Assembly: GCA_963702205.1 (NCBI GenBank)
Contig: OY969724.1
Location: 1,696,001-1,760,000, forward strand
Source of the DNA: an uncultured candidate division Zixibacteria bacterium
GTDB lineage: Bacteria > Zixibacteria > MSB-5A5 > GN15 > PGXB01
DNA length: 64,000 bases
Direction of reading: 5' to 3'
Shown here: piece by piece, positions 9,586-20,734 of the stretch
How the letters are laid out: every line of letters begins with the position of its first letter
Position numbering within the stretch: position 1 is the stretch's first letter
Notes under the pieces: model-generated
Told to the model about the DNA's origin: nothing
What the model saw: the letters and a program-made list of their open reading frames with translations, nothing else
Databases searched by the model: none
Translations under genes and position numbers: made by a program

Positions 9586-11437
9586 TTGGATAGTAGCTCA
9601 GGCGGCCGACGGTTATACCCGGTTGTTGCCGCTCTTTTTCTGGCGGTAGTTTTTCTGTTCGCCTGTGACGAGCTCTTCGTCAATGACGGCGACCCCGACC
9701 GGGGAATACAGCTTGGGGGCGGATATTATTATTTCATAGACAACACCAGTTATTCTCTGCTCATGCTGGATCCGAGCCTTCGGGTAGTCAAATCATGGGA
9801 TACTCGGGATTTATTCGGGGAGACGGCCGTGCAGGGGATTACATCTGACGGCCTTTATTTATGGCTGTCGGCGGCCGGAACGCAGGATTATATCATCCAA
9901 GTCGATATATCGGGTGATGTCTTAAGCGCTTCGCGAACGCTCGATGCCCCACCGGAAAGGCACGGGACCATCCGCGATCTGGCCTGGGACGGCACGAGTC
10001 TCTGGGCTGTCAACAGCGGATCGGCGACTTATTCGATACCGCCGACACTTTATAAGCTCGATCCCAATAACGGAACCGTCCTCGAAGAACATATCATGCC
10101 GACGCCGGAACCGAGGGGGATGACTTATGTCGGTGCCAACGGCGACGTTTACGGGCGGGGCCTGCCGGTTGGCTTTTATTACGGTGACGTGGATCGAGAT
10201 ACTCTTTACAGATTTCTAACGGACAAAATGTTATTTGAGACGGCCTTCGCTTCGCCGGTTCCGCCTCGGGGCGACGGCTATGTTTTTCCCGTCGGTCTTA
10301 CATTCGACGGAACTGATTTATGGGTGGTCAACAGCAGCAGTTTAGCCGGTGACCACCTTTTTCGTTTGAACAGGGACGGCATGACCACGGAATTTTTTGA
10401 AATCCCATATGAAACCCCGGGACCGCTTGTCTGGTCGCCGAACGATTTGAGTCTGCCTCATCCGCCGGTCGTGACGGCGGCGTCGCCTAATTCGGCCACA
10501 CGAGGCAGTGATCTGACCGTGACCATATATGGCGAGTATTTCCGTCCGGGGGTCGGGCTGACGGCATCATTCGGGACGGGAATTGTCGTCTCCGAAGTCA
10601 CGTTCGTTAACGGCAATTCGGTTACGGCTCATATCGAAGTAGCCAGCGACGCCGCTTTTGGAGAACGTGACGTGACGGTCACCAATCCCGACGGACAGTC
10701 GGGTGTCGGGGTCGGCATATTTACCGTGCCGGAGTTCGATCCCAATGACGGATATTTCTACTACACCGATGCCGGCAACAGGGTCATGCGAAAAATCAAG
10801 ATCTCCGATTTCAGTATCGCTCAAACCTGGGATATTTCTGCCATCGACGGTGCGTCACCGCAGGGGCTGACCTTTGACGGCACTTACCTGTGGATGAGCG
10901 CCGCAGGCAGCGTCGACGCCATCATGCAGCTGGAAATCGACGGTTCCTCTTTGTCGGGTACTAAATCAGTTCCAGGCTCCTCCGGGCGGCACCGGGACGA
11001 TTCGTGAAATCGATTTCCTGGGAGACGACCTGTACGCCTTAAACGACGTGTCCGACCGAATTTATATTATTGATACGCTGACGGGTTCGGTTACCGATTC
11101 CATACCGACACCGGGCACCGAAGGACGAGGCATAGTCTTCGCCAACGGTGACCTGTACTGCAATGATCGTCTTATCGACTCAGTTTTCGTGTACGACGCC
11201 GGGACCGAGACGTGGACGGCGGTCTTTGCGACTCCGACGCCTCCGGGAGGCACGGATCTCAACCGTTACGCGACGGGGATGACCTGGGACGGCATTAACT
11301 TCTGGATTGTCAACAGCACCGGTGATTACGACTACATTTTCCAGGTAACCGTCGATGGTACCGTGCTGCAAACGTACGAACTCCCCGACCGGGGAACGGT
11401 AACGCAGCCGACCGGTATCGTATTTACACAAAATTGA
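9586..11437 (+). CDS. Lipoprotein with two beta-propeller regions (GLT[FW]DG..LW repeats) around an IPT/TIG domain; +1 frameshift at ~10957
   Basis: Lipobox LFAC. Deleting one G of GGG at 10956-10958 joins 9586..11007 to 11048..11437 and restores QAPPGGTGTIRE, which parallels DAPPERHGTIRD in the first half. Confidence 0.75.
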
Positions 11438-11447
11438 GGTAGCGGAC

Positions 11448-12738
11448 ATGAAAAAGATAAAATACATACATTTCCTGACGATCTGGAGCGTAGTCTTGTT
11501 CGCGGGCCTCGTCCCCCGGGCGTCGGCCCAGTTCAATGTCGAAGGTGACTTCCGAGTGCGTGCGTACAGCGACGGCTTCAGAGATGCCCTCGACCAACGG
11601 GGGACGGAGAATTATCTCCGTTACCTGGGTCGTATCCGCGCCAAGGCTGCCGTCAGCCAGCAGACGTCGTTTTATGTCGAATTCATTACGCAAATAGCGA
11701 ACAATCCGGTGTCGCCGGTTCGTAATATCGGCGGCACGGGCAAAATGCAGTACCGGCATCAGCCAGATATTCGGCGAGTACCGCACGGATAACATCCCCG
11801 TGTTCGACCTGATGCGCGCTCGTATCGGTCGCCAGCAGTTTCCAATCGGCAAGGGGCTTTCACAGGGAGATTCATATTATAACTTTGACCGCTTCGACGC
11901 CATTCGGTTCGATTTCGCGCTGAGGTCGTACACTCTTTCCACATTCAGCGCCATCACCGAGCAAAACCTTAGTGCGACCGGTCTGTATCCCGATCCGGGC
12001 AGCGACCAGCTCCATATAGTAAGACTGACCCGTCCGATTATGAAACAGGAATTCATGGGATATTATATATATAACCGTCTTCGGGGCCAGTTTAACGACA
12101 GCTATATCATTGGCGGCGGCTTTAACGGCGACGCCAAAAAGGGCCGTCTGACTTATTTTCTCGAAGTCGCCCACCAGACTTTCCACACCCTCGACGGCCT
12201 TCCGGAAAAAGGCGGCATCGGCTATATGGGTGGTATTTCATATCGCTGGACCTGGGGTCCGTTTCGGAGCATCAAGGTCGAGACGCGTTACGCCGCATAC
12301 CAGGGCGACGATGCCAGTACGGAAAAAGTCGAGCAGTTCAGCCCGTTGTATCCGAGCTTTTTCTGGGGCAGCCGGGTGGGATACGTCGATGGCGCCATCG
12401 GCGGCGATTATCCCAATACCGGCCACAACCTGGAAGGCAGCCGAATTTGGTACACCAGAATTTACTTTATACACAAGAACCTTCCGAAATTGCGCGTCCA
12501 GCTGCATTACATCAAAATGGAAGAGTACGTCAACAACGACAATTATAATTCGTTCGACGACGAGCTGTCGCTGAATATGTACTATCAACTTTCGACTCAG
12601 ACGCAGCTGCAGTTCCGCGCCTGCCGCAATTTCCCGAACGATGATGATTACGACCTTGACGGAGGAGGGACCATATCCTGGGGTGAAGACCGGGTCGAAA
12701 TGACCCGCTTCATGATGGAATTCCAGGTAAAGTTTTAA
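11448..12738 (+). CDS. Outer-membrane beta-barrel, alginate-export (AlgE)-like; +1 frameshift at ~11753
   Basis: Signal peptide, GDFRVR first strand, RIGRQ motif, alternating amphipathic strands and a C-terminal Phe (EFQVKF). Deleting one C at 11753-11754 fuses the two ORFs. Confidence 0.7.
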
Positions 12739-12799
12739 CCAGCGGAGGCATAAATGAAAAGCACAGACGCCCGGGACGAAAGGAATAGAGTCTGACATC

Positions 12800-14065
12800 A
12801 TGGTTTCGGAACCGATTATTTTGATCGCTATGCTGGCGGTGTTCGCTCTGGGCGTGTTCGTGCTGAAGGTCCCGGCCGGGGTGTCCCTGATGTTCGCGGC
12901 CATAGTCGGGGCCTTTCTCGGCGGTGAGGGCCTGCCGATCCGTCACCTCGTGGAAGGAGGCTTTGGCTTTTTGGAGGCGATATTGATTATCGCCACGGCC
13001 ATGATATTTATGAAAGTGGTTGAAGCGACAGGGGCCCTGGGGACGATCAGCTATACGATGATAAATACGCTGCATCGTTTCCCGACGGTACTGATGATTG
13101 TCATCGTCGTCTTCGTCATGTTCCCGGGCATGCTGACCGGGCTGTCGTCGGCCTGTATCCTTACAACAGGCGCGCTGGTGGCGCCGGGGCTTATGGCGAT
13201 GGGGATGCCGCCGCTCGCGGTCGGGGCGTTTATTGCCATGGCGGCCGTATTCGGCGAGATCGCGCCGCCGATATGTATTCCGGTGATGCTGATCGGGGGT
13301 GGGGTCGATATGCCCTATATCGGTTTCGCCAGGCCGCTGTTTCTGGCGTCATTTCCGCTGGCCATCGCCACGGCCATTTACTTCCGCGTCCGCTATCTCG
13401 GCTCGTTCAACATTGACGAAGTCCTCCCCAAGCTGAGCAAACCAGTTTTCAATGAATATGGTATCAGGTTATTCATTCCGCTGGCCTTCGTGATCGGCTA
13501 CATGATCCTCGAAGAATCGATCCCCGAATTCATTCCGCATCTTGGTGTTCCGTTGATTTTCGTGCTCGGTGCGATTCTCGGATTCGGGTCGGGCAATCGT
13601 TTCAATTTCTTCAAAGTTTCGCGGGACGCGATCCGCCAGGCTATGCCGGTGATGGCTATACTGGTCGGAGTCGGCATGTTCATGCAGATACTCACGTTGA
13701 CCGGGGTTCGGGGCTATTTGGCGACCAGCGCCTTATTTTTGCCGGAAGGGGTGAAGTATCTGGCGGCATTGATAATGCCGTTTTTCGGGTCGGCCTATGC
13801 GTCGGCATCGATTATCGGCGTGCCCCTGGTGTATGTCTTTATCGGTAAGAACTCACTGGTGATAACGGCCGCCCTGGCATTAATGGCGTCCATGGGTGAT
13901 TTGATGCCGCCGCCGTCTCTGCTGTGCGCTTACGCCGCGCAGATTGTCGGCGTCAAGAATCATTTTGCGGTTTTGAAAAGCAATGTCATCCCGATTATCG
14001 CCACAATAGTTACCGGCCTTTTGATTATAGCTTTTGCCGAGCAAATTGCAGGGGTGATTTTTTAG
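12800..14065 (+). CDS. IT-superfamily / TRAP DctM-like transporter
   Basis: 421 aa, about 11-12 TM, with GEIAPP and GDLMPP helical hairpins. Confidence 0.8.
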   Translation: MVSEPIILIAMLAVFALGVFVLKVPAGVSLMFAAIVGAFLGGEGLPIRHLVEGGFGFLEAILIIATAMIFMKVVEATGALGTISYTMINTLHRFPTVLMIVIVVFVMFPGMLTGLSSACILTTGALVAPGLMAMGMPPLAVGAFIAMAAVFGEIAPPICIPVMLIGGGVDMPYIGFARPLFLASFPLAIATAIYFRVRYLGSFNIDEVLPKLSKPVFNEYGIRLFIPLAFVIGYMILEESIPEFIPHLGVPLIFVLGAILGFGSGNRFNFFKVSRDAIRQAMPVMAILVGVGMFMQILTLTGVRGYLATSALFLPEGVKYLAALIMPFFGSAYASASIIGVPLVYVFIGKNSLVITAALALMASMGDLMPPPSLLCAYAAQIVGVKNHFAVLKSNVIPIIATIVTGLLIIAFAEQIAGVIF

Positions 14066-14087
14066 AGGAAACCGGAGAGTAGTACAA

Positions 14088-14234
14088 ATGCTGTTTTGGA
14101 TATACATAGCAATTACCCTGTTCATCGCCGTGATAGTCGTGGTGGAACTGTTCTCCGAGAAGGACTGGAAAAAGCAGGTGGCCCTGGCGATGCTTCTGTT
14201 ACCGTTTGTCCTGAGGGTGCTGTTGATTAAATAG
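14088..14234 (+). CDS. 48-aa two-TM membrane peptide
   Basis: MLFWIYIAITLFIAVIVVVELFSEKDWKKQVALAMLLLPFVLRVLLIK; GGAG upstream; fills the operon gap exactly (below the ORF-track cutoff). Confidence 0.75.
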   Translation: MLFWIYIAITLFIAVIVVVELFSEKDWKKQVALAMLLLPFVLRVLLIK

Positions 14235-14237
14235 CTT

Positions 14238-15365
14238 ATGAAACTTAAAAAACATCATATAACCGCCATTTTGGTGCTGATCTGGGTCGGAGTTTTCGGC
14301 GCGGTGGCATCGGCCAGGTTTTTGGCGATGCATCACGATGAAACAGTCGTGCCGAGTTCGGCATTGACCAGGGTTGGCCATTTGAGTGATTATTTCGCAC
14401 CGATCAAGGGAACCGACGGAGATTTCGCGATTTACTTCTACGACAGCGGCAAACCAGGCGGGACGGCTTTGATTCTGGGTGGAACCCACCCCAACGAACC
14501 GGCCTCAAACGTCGCCGCGACGCTGATTGCGGAAAATGTCGCAGTGAAAACCGGCCGCGTGCTGGTTGTAACACGAGCCTGTAACAGCGGCGCGACGTGC
14601 ACCGATCCGTTCGAAGCGTATCCCGAATTTTTTACACTCAAGACCCGAGAAGGCAAGGAATGTAAGTTCCGGATGGGGTCGCGGGTAGCCAATCCGCTCG
14701 ATCAATGGCCCGACCCGCTGGTCTACACGCACTTCCCGTCCGGGCAGCGCCTGTCGGGATTCGAGGCGAGAAATCTGAATCGCTCATATCCCGGACGTCC
14801 CGACGGAACGTTTTCCGAAAAGGTCGCCTACGCTATAATGCAGATGATCGAGCAGGAAGATATCGATATATCGTTCGACCTTCACGAGGCGGCCCCGGAA
14901 ATCCCGATTATCAATGCCATCGTATATCATGAGAAGGGCGAAGATATAGCTCTTAACGCCGTGCTGGATTTGGAATCGATGGGTTTGCAATATTCACCGG
15001 AACTGTCACCGGACAATTTCCGGGGGCTGAGCCACCGCGAATGGGGCGACCGGACCCGGACCATTCCGTTTTTGATGGAAGTCAGCAACCCGATACAGGG
15101 CCGGCTGCGGGGGAAGACGAATGAGGAGTTAATCATAAAGGGGGTAAGCATAAGATACAAACAAGCCCTTGAATCGGGCGCGTTGAGGATTGAGTACGAC
15201 CCCGACGGGGAACCGCTCAAGAAGCGGGTTGCCAGACACGTGCAGGGTATAATCAGCCTGATTAACGCTTATAACGCCGACCACAAGAAGAAAATTATAG
15301 AATTGGATGACCTGCCGCAATATCAGGATATAGTGGATAACGGGGCAGGCTATTACCTGCATTAA
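14238..15365 (+). CDS. Exported succinylglutamate desuccinylase/aspartoacylase-like (M14) zinc hydrolase
   Basis: N-terminal hydrophobic anchor; GGTHPNE, NLNRSYPG and DLHE motifs. Confidence 0.85.
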   Translation: MKLKKHHITAILVLIWVGVFGAVASARFLAMHHDETVVPSSALTRVGHLSDYFAPIKGTDGDFAIYFYDSGKPGGTALILGGTHPNEPASNVAATLIAENVAVKTGRVLVVTRACNSGATCTDPFEAYPEFFTLKTREGKECKFRMGSRVANPLDQWPDPLVYTHFPSGQRLSGFEARNLNRSYPGRPDGTFSEKVAYAIMQMIEQEDIDISFDLHEAAPEIPIINAIVYHEKGEDIALNAVLDLESMGLQYSPELSPDNFRGLSHREWGDRTRTIPFLMEVSNPIQGRLRGKTNEELIIKGVSIRYKQALESGALRIEYDPDGEPLKKRVARHVQGIISLINAYNADHKKKIIELDDLPQYQDIVDNGAGYYLH

Positions 15366-15940
15366 TGGAAAATAAGGAGTTTGACATGATGACAACCAAA
15401 CGCATTTTCGCGACGGCACTGGCCATTGTTTTATTGTGTGCACCAATTCTGCTTAAGGCGGGGGAGAAGTTCGAACAGCCGATTTTGATCTCATCGGCCG
15501 GTCAGAGCGCCGACATGAAACTGGTCGGCATGCTGGCCAAAAGAGACAAATTGGACGCCACGGCGGTCAATATGGCCACGGTCGATGATCTCGAAGGAAT
15601 CAAGACGCTGATTTTCGTGCCGGGATTCAGTTCCAAAGGTCTCGGGGCGGCCGGAGTCAGCCAGAAGGATGAAATGGACCGAGTGGTCAAGCTGGTCGAT
15701 GCGGCCAAAGAAAAGAAAATCCCGATAGTTACGATTCATATCGGCGGTACGGCTCGTCGCAAAGGGCAGTCGGACAGCTTCAACAAGCTGGTCGCGGAAA
15801 ATTCGCAGTCGATTATCGTCGTCAAACAGGGCGACGAGGACGGTTTCTTCAGCGATATAGCCAAAGAGAAAAAGATCCCGATCGACACGGTCGATAAAAT
15901 CGCGGAAGTGGCCGAACCGATGGCCAAACTTTTTAAGTAG
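15365..15940 (+). CDS. DUF6305-like exported protein
   Basis: Signal peptide; SAGQSAD, SSKGLGAAG and HIGG.ARR motifs. Confidence 0.7.
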   Translation: MENKEFDMMTTKRIFATALAIVLLCAPILLKAGEKFEQPILISSAGQSADMKLVGMLAKRDKLDATAVNMATVDDLEGIKTLIFVPGFSSKGLGAAGVSQKDEMDRVVKLVDAAKEKKIPIVTIHIGGTARRKGQSDSFNKLVAENSQSIIVVKQGDEDGFFSDIAKEKKIPIDTVDKIAEVAEPMAKLFK

Positions 15941-16013
15941 GCCCGCAGTCGCATTCGTTATGAATGAGCATGCGGAAAAGAGTGAATAAAATGAAAGTAT
16001 CCGAGATGACATT

Positions 16014-17949
16014 ATGATGAGTACAAAATTCGGTCATGACCTTCGGGTCGCACTATTGTTTGCCATGGTTTTACTCCTGCTGTCGATGCCGATGGTTTTC
16101 GCGCAGGAAACCGTCGCCAGCGGCGAAAAGATCGTGACCAGTCGGTACGGGCATGGCGTCAACCGCTCAACCCCTGGCCTCGGAAGCGGCCGTGGAAATA
16201 TTGGGCAAGGGCGGCAATGCCGTCGATGCCGCCGTGGCGGCGGCGTTTGCCATCGGGGTCGTGGAACCGGACGGATCCGGTGTCGGCGGCGGCGGCGCCA
16301 TGGTGATTTACCTGAATAAATCCCAGGAAGCGCACTATATAAATTACTACCAGATGGCTCCCGAGAATGTCATTTCCGTTAATTATAATCCCGAGACGGA
16401 CCGGCATACGGGTAAAGCCGTGTTGATTCCCGGCACCGTAGCCGGGCTGACCGAGGCATTGTCGGAGTTCGGAACGCTTCCGCTCGCGACGGTGATGGAA
16501 CCGGCGATCAGGTACGCCGAGGATGGATTTGAGATCGACCGGACTCTGGCGCAGCTGCTTCTGGATAATTCCTTCTGGATTCAGGAAAACGATTCGGCGG
16601 CGTCGATCTTTCTGGATGAGGGTTTTCCTTTGATGGAAGGCGACATTCTGCGCCAGCCGGAGCTTGCCAATACGCTCAAGGCCATTGCCGCGAACGGCCG
16701 CGACGGATTCTACAAGGGTCCGGTGGCGGAAGCCATCGTATCCGAAATTCAGCGCACCGGCGGGGCCTTGTCTTTGTCCGATTTGGCCGGTTACAAGGCC
16801 GATGTTTCGGCCCCGTTGTATGGTACATATAGGGGATATGAAGTTTATTCGGCCGGTGTTCCGCAATCCGGTGAAGCGATTATTGAAGCGCTGAACATGC
16901 TGGAACAGGTTGACCTCAGGAAGATGGGGCACTTTTCGACGCACGCCAGGACGTTGCACCTGATGGCCGAAACCTTCCGAAAGGTTTATGCCGACCGCTG
17001 GCGGTACATGGGTGATCCGAAATTCGCCGCTATACCGATTAATGGTCTGATATCGAAAGCATACGCCCGCGACCGGTTCGGCGACGTCAATCCGTTTATG
17101 GCCGAACCGCGAGAATACAGGGCAACCACCGAGGGTTTTCCGTTCAAGTACGATAACCTCAAGCCGACCGCGAAGAGCAATGTCACATTCGATAATGAGA
17201 ACAAACCCGTCTGGGACGACGAAAACGAAGACGGCAAGACGTCGTACGACGACTGGGGCGAGGATATGTTCGACAGCTGGGGCGGAGTAAAAAAGAAAGA
17301 CAAGGACAAGAATAAAGATAAGGTGACGACCAAAAAGAATAAGGCGGCCAAAGACACGCTTCAGATCGAACCGCCTCCCGACGAAGACGAATTCGACGGG
17401 CATACCACGCACCTGTCGGTCATAGATAAAGACGGTAACATGGTGGCGTTGACCCAGACGCTGGGGACGTTTTTCGGTTCCGGCCAGATGGCGGCCGGGG
17501 TACTGCTCAACTGCGGCATGTCCAATTTCTCGGCCACGGCGGCCGTGAACATGGTTGAACCTTTGAAAAGACCGCGCAGTTCGATATCACCGACGCTCAT
17601 TCTCAAAGACGGCAAACCGTTCATGATTCTCGGTTCGCCGGGAGCCGCCCGGATTATCTGCACGGTGGTCGAGTTGATCGTCGATGCCATCGATTTTAAT
17701 ATGAACGTGTACGACGCCAACTGGGCGCCGCGCTTTTATTGCCAGAAATATGAAGATTATTTATACCTCGAAGGTGGTATCTCCAAAGAAGTGCAAACCG
17801 ACCTGGAGAGAATGGGACATACCATTCGCGTCTATTCCGATCGCGACCTGTTCTTCGGGGGTGCACAGCTAATATATGTTGATCCGGTTACCGGGCTGTA
17901 CTATGGCTCGGCCGACAAGCGCAGGGGGGGCAAGGCGATCGGGGAATAG
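16014..17949 (+). CDS. ggt: Exported gamma-glutamyltransferase (GGT/CapD-like); +1 frameshift at ~16150
   Basis: GGNAVDAAVA, SGVGGG, catalytic TTHLSVID, RPRSSISP, GSPG and ADKRR. The signal peptide of 16014..16319 joins the main frame on deleting one G at 16149-16151. Confidence 0.9.
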
Positions 17950-17975
17950 CCGGTGAAACGAACCCGGGTTTTTTA

Positions 17976-19124
17976 ATGATAATTGTTTTTGTAATTTTGT
18001 TCCTGTTGATTTCACTTCTGGTGTTCGAAAAAATCGACACGACCAGGAAAGTGCATCAAATTCGTCTGCGGATTCACGTCAACGGGACGCGCGGCAAATC
18101 CAGCGTGACGCGCTATATTGCCGCCGGTCTCCGCCACAACGGTCGCCGGACTTTTGCCAAGATAACCGGGACTGTCCCGACCATAATTTTTCCGGACGGC
18201 TCCGACCGGACCATACAACGACCTTCGACGCCCCGCGTTCAGGAACAGTTCACGATCATCCGTTATGCCGCGCAGCACCGGGCTCAGTGCCTGGCGCTGG
18301 AGTGCATGTCGCTCAATCCGGAGCTGCAGCGCCTCGAGGGACGAATTTATCGGCCGCATATTCTCGTGATGACCTCGATTACCGACGACCATCGCGAACA
18401 TCTCGGCTTGAACCCGGTACAGCAGGCCGAGGCGATTTGTGATGCCATGCCCGAGCACGCCATCGTCATCGCCGAGGACAACGGCAATATCGACGTAATC
18501 AGGCGGTACGCTCTGAAGAAAAACTGCGACGTGGTCATCGCGACCCTTCCCGATGAATATACCATGCCACAAATCCCCGACGGGGCGTATGCCGCCAATA
18601 TCGCGCTGGCTCTTACGGCTTGCCGGGAGGCGGGTGTCGATGACTCGGTGTCTTTGCCGGCCATCCTGGGAGAAGCACGGAGGATTGCGGACGAAGCGGT
18701 TGTCCTCGAAGACGTCGGGCCCAATGTTGCTTTTGTCAACGGTTTCGCGGTGAACGACGTGCCTTCGGCGATCGGCTTTCTTGAAAAGTGGCGCGACCAA
18801 TTGCAGTCGATTACCAATTTCGTCGTGATATTAAACACGCGCAACGATCGCCCAATTCGGTCGCGCATGTTTGCCGAATGGCTGGCGGGCGTGTCCGATC
18901 CTCTTAAAGTAATTTTGACCGGAAATCATGTCTGGTATACCCGTCGGGCTCTGACTCATTTCGGGATGAACCCGGAGGCCGTACAGGTTTGGAAGAGCAA
19001 ACATGTCAGTGACGCCCGGTCGTATTTGAAAACATTGAACCTGAAAGATTCACTCGTGGTCGGTTTGGGCAATATACAGGGGGATGGATTTAAGGTGATT
19101 TCATCGATGGGGTCGGAGGTCTGA
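17976..19124 (+). CDS. pgsB: Poly-gamma-glutamate synthase PgsB/CapB
   Basis: N-terminal TM; RIHVNGTRGKSSVTR P-loop, AKITGT, EQ, LECM, DH, NGFAVND and GLGNIQG. Confidence 0.92.
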   Translation: MIIVFVILFLLISLLVFEKIDTTRKVHQIRLRIHVNGTRGKSSVTRYIAAGLRHNGRRTFAKITGTVPTIIFPDGSDRTIQRPSTPRVQEQFTIIRYAAQHRAQCLALECMSLNPELQRLEGRIYRPHILVMTSITDDHREHLGLNPVQQAEAICDAMPEHAIVIAEDNGNIDVIRRYALKKNCDVVIATLPDEYTMPQIPDGAYAANIALALTACREAGVDDSVSLPAILGEARRIADEAVVLEDVGPNVAFVNGFAVNDVPSAIGFLEKWRDQLQSITNFVVILNTRNDRPIRSRMFAEWLAGVSDPLKVILTGNHVWYTRRALTHFGMNPEAVQVWKSKHVSDARSYLKTLNLKDSLVVGLGNIQGDGFKVISSMGSEV

Positions 19125-19125
19125 G

Positions 19126-19555
19126 ATGCTGTACCAGGTACTTTTTCATAGGCCTGGCGGTCGGCTTCATATTTTACGAACTGACCGGCGTCTCTCCGGG
19201 CGGCGTCATCGCCCCGGCCTATTTCGCCCTGTTCGTCCATCAGCCCGGCAAGATCGTCATGACCATAGTCCTGGCGCTCATAGTCTGGGGCATCCTGGAG
19301 TTGTTGACATCGCGTCTGATACTTTACGGACGGCGTCGTCTGCTTCTGGCCTTGCTTCTCGGTTTCGGGTTGAAAGTGGTCATCGAAAAATGGGTGCAGC
19401 CCATGCCTTTGTTCACATTCGATTTGAAATCGATAGGCTATATAATTCCGGGCCTGATCGCCAATGAAATTGCCCGGCAAAAGCTGGTCCTGACCCTGTC
19501 GGGGCTCGGTATCGTAACCGTGGTTACCTACCTGATAATACTGCTGATTAAGTAA
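19126..19555 (+). CDS. pgsC: Poly-gamma-glutamate biosynthesis protein PgsC/CapC; +1 frameshift at ~19137-19146
   Basis: The corrected frame reads ELTGVSPGGVIAPAYFA...ILYGRRR...IGYIIPGLIANE. Confidence 0.9.
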
Positions 19556-19561
19556 CGTGCT

Positions 19562-20734
19562 ATGAACATAAAAAAACTGACATACGGACTCGCGGTCGTA
19601 TGTATCCTGGCGATAGCGGCCGCCGTGCTGATCGAATCCTACATGGTGAAAAGCATCGAGCATCCCTGTACGACCGATATGGTGCACGCCTCGCGACTGA
19701 CCGCCGAATGGTACAATCGAATCGGCGAGATGAAGCGTCAGCGGGGAATCGAGACACCCGATCACACCATCCGCTACTGGGGGATGATCGGCGCGGATTA
19801 TACCCCCATGACGACGACGCTGGGAACGCTGGAAGCGAAAGAGACGTCGTGCAATCCCGATTTTTCGGCCCTGATCGTACGGTTTATGTCGGAGACCGGT
19901 GTAGATTCCAACTCGGTGGTCGGCGTGGTCATGTCCGGATCGTTTCCGGCGCTGGCGATCGCGACCCTGGCGGCGCTTCAGACGGTTGGAGCCGATGCCA
20001 TAGTTTTCAGCTCGCTCGGTTCCTCGTGTTACGGGGCCAACCAGGACGGAGGGACCTGGCTCGACATGGAGCACTGGTTGATCGATCACGGTGGTCTGAA
20101 ATATTCCTCGCGACTGGTGACTCCGGGCGCTGAAAACGACAACGGTGGCGGTATGACCGAAGAAGGTCTGGCTATTATCGAAAAGGCTGCCGCCCGCAAC
20201 GGCGTTCAGCTTTTCCGGCCCAAAGACCTCGACGACGCGATACAAACGAAAACAAAGATATTGACCGATGCCGGCATCGACCTGATAATAAACATTGGCG
20301 GGAATCAGGCGTCGCTGGGCACATACCCGCAGGCGTCCTTGATCCCGACCGGCTACCATTTCGATCTTCCTCCCGGCGACAGCCCCGAGCGCGGCATACT
20401 GGCCCGGATCGCCGAACAAAATATACCGTACATTCATCTGCTCAATATTCGCGATCTGGCCAGCCGCTACGATATCCCGATCAGCCCGGCCAAAAATACG
20501 GGCCCCTCGATATTCGTCTACAGCGAGCGGGAAACGTCGCCCCTGGCGATCCTGCTTACTCTCGGTCTGACGGGAGCCGCTCTCGTCGCGTCGCGAATGT
20601 ATGCCTCCGAAAACAAACCGCGCCGGTCACCGTACATCACCGCCGCGGCAAACAACAAAAACCCACCGTTTCAATCAATACTTACCGAAAACAATTCAAA
20701 TCTGGCACCTTCACACAAGGAGGAACAATGTTAA
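19562..20734 (+). CDS. pgsW: Poly-gamma-glutamate system protein PgsW
   Basis: TTTLGTLEAK.TS.NPDF, SGSFPAL, SSLGSS.YGAN, INIGG and IHLLNI; directly follows pgsBC. Confidence 0.85.
   Translation: MNIKKLTYGLAVVCILAIAAAVLIESYMVKSIEHPCTTDMVHASRLTAEWYNRIGEMKRQRGIETPDHTIRYWGMIGADYTPMTTTLGTLEAKETSCNPDFSALIVRFMSETGVDSNSVVGVVMSGSFPALAIATLAALQTVGADAIVFSSLGSSCYGANQDGGTWLDMEHWLIDHGGLKYSSRLVTPGAENDNGGGMTEEGLAIIEKAAARNGVQLFRPKDLDDAIQTKTKILTDAGIDLIINIGGNQASLGTYPQASLIPTGYHFDLPPGDSPERGILARIAEQNIPYIHLLNIRDLASRYDIPISPAKNTGPSIFVYSERETSPLAILLTLGLTGAALVASRMYASENKPRRSPYITAAANNKNPPFQSILTENNSNLAPSHKEEQC

Noticed and set aside
10950..19146. Programmed ribosomal frameshifting or phase variation at the four frameshifts
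   Set aside because: No slippery heptamers or long simple repeats; a shared GTAC context fits sequencing error better
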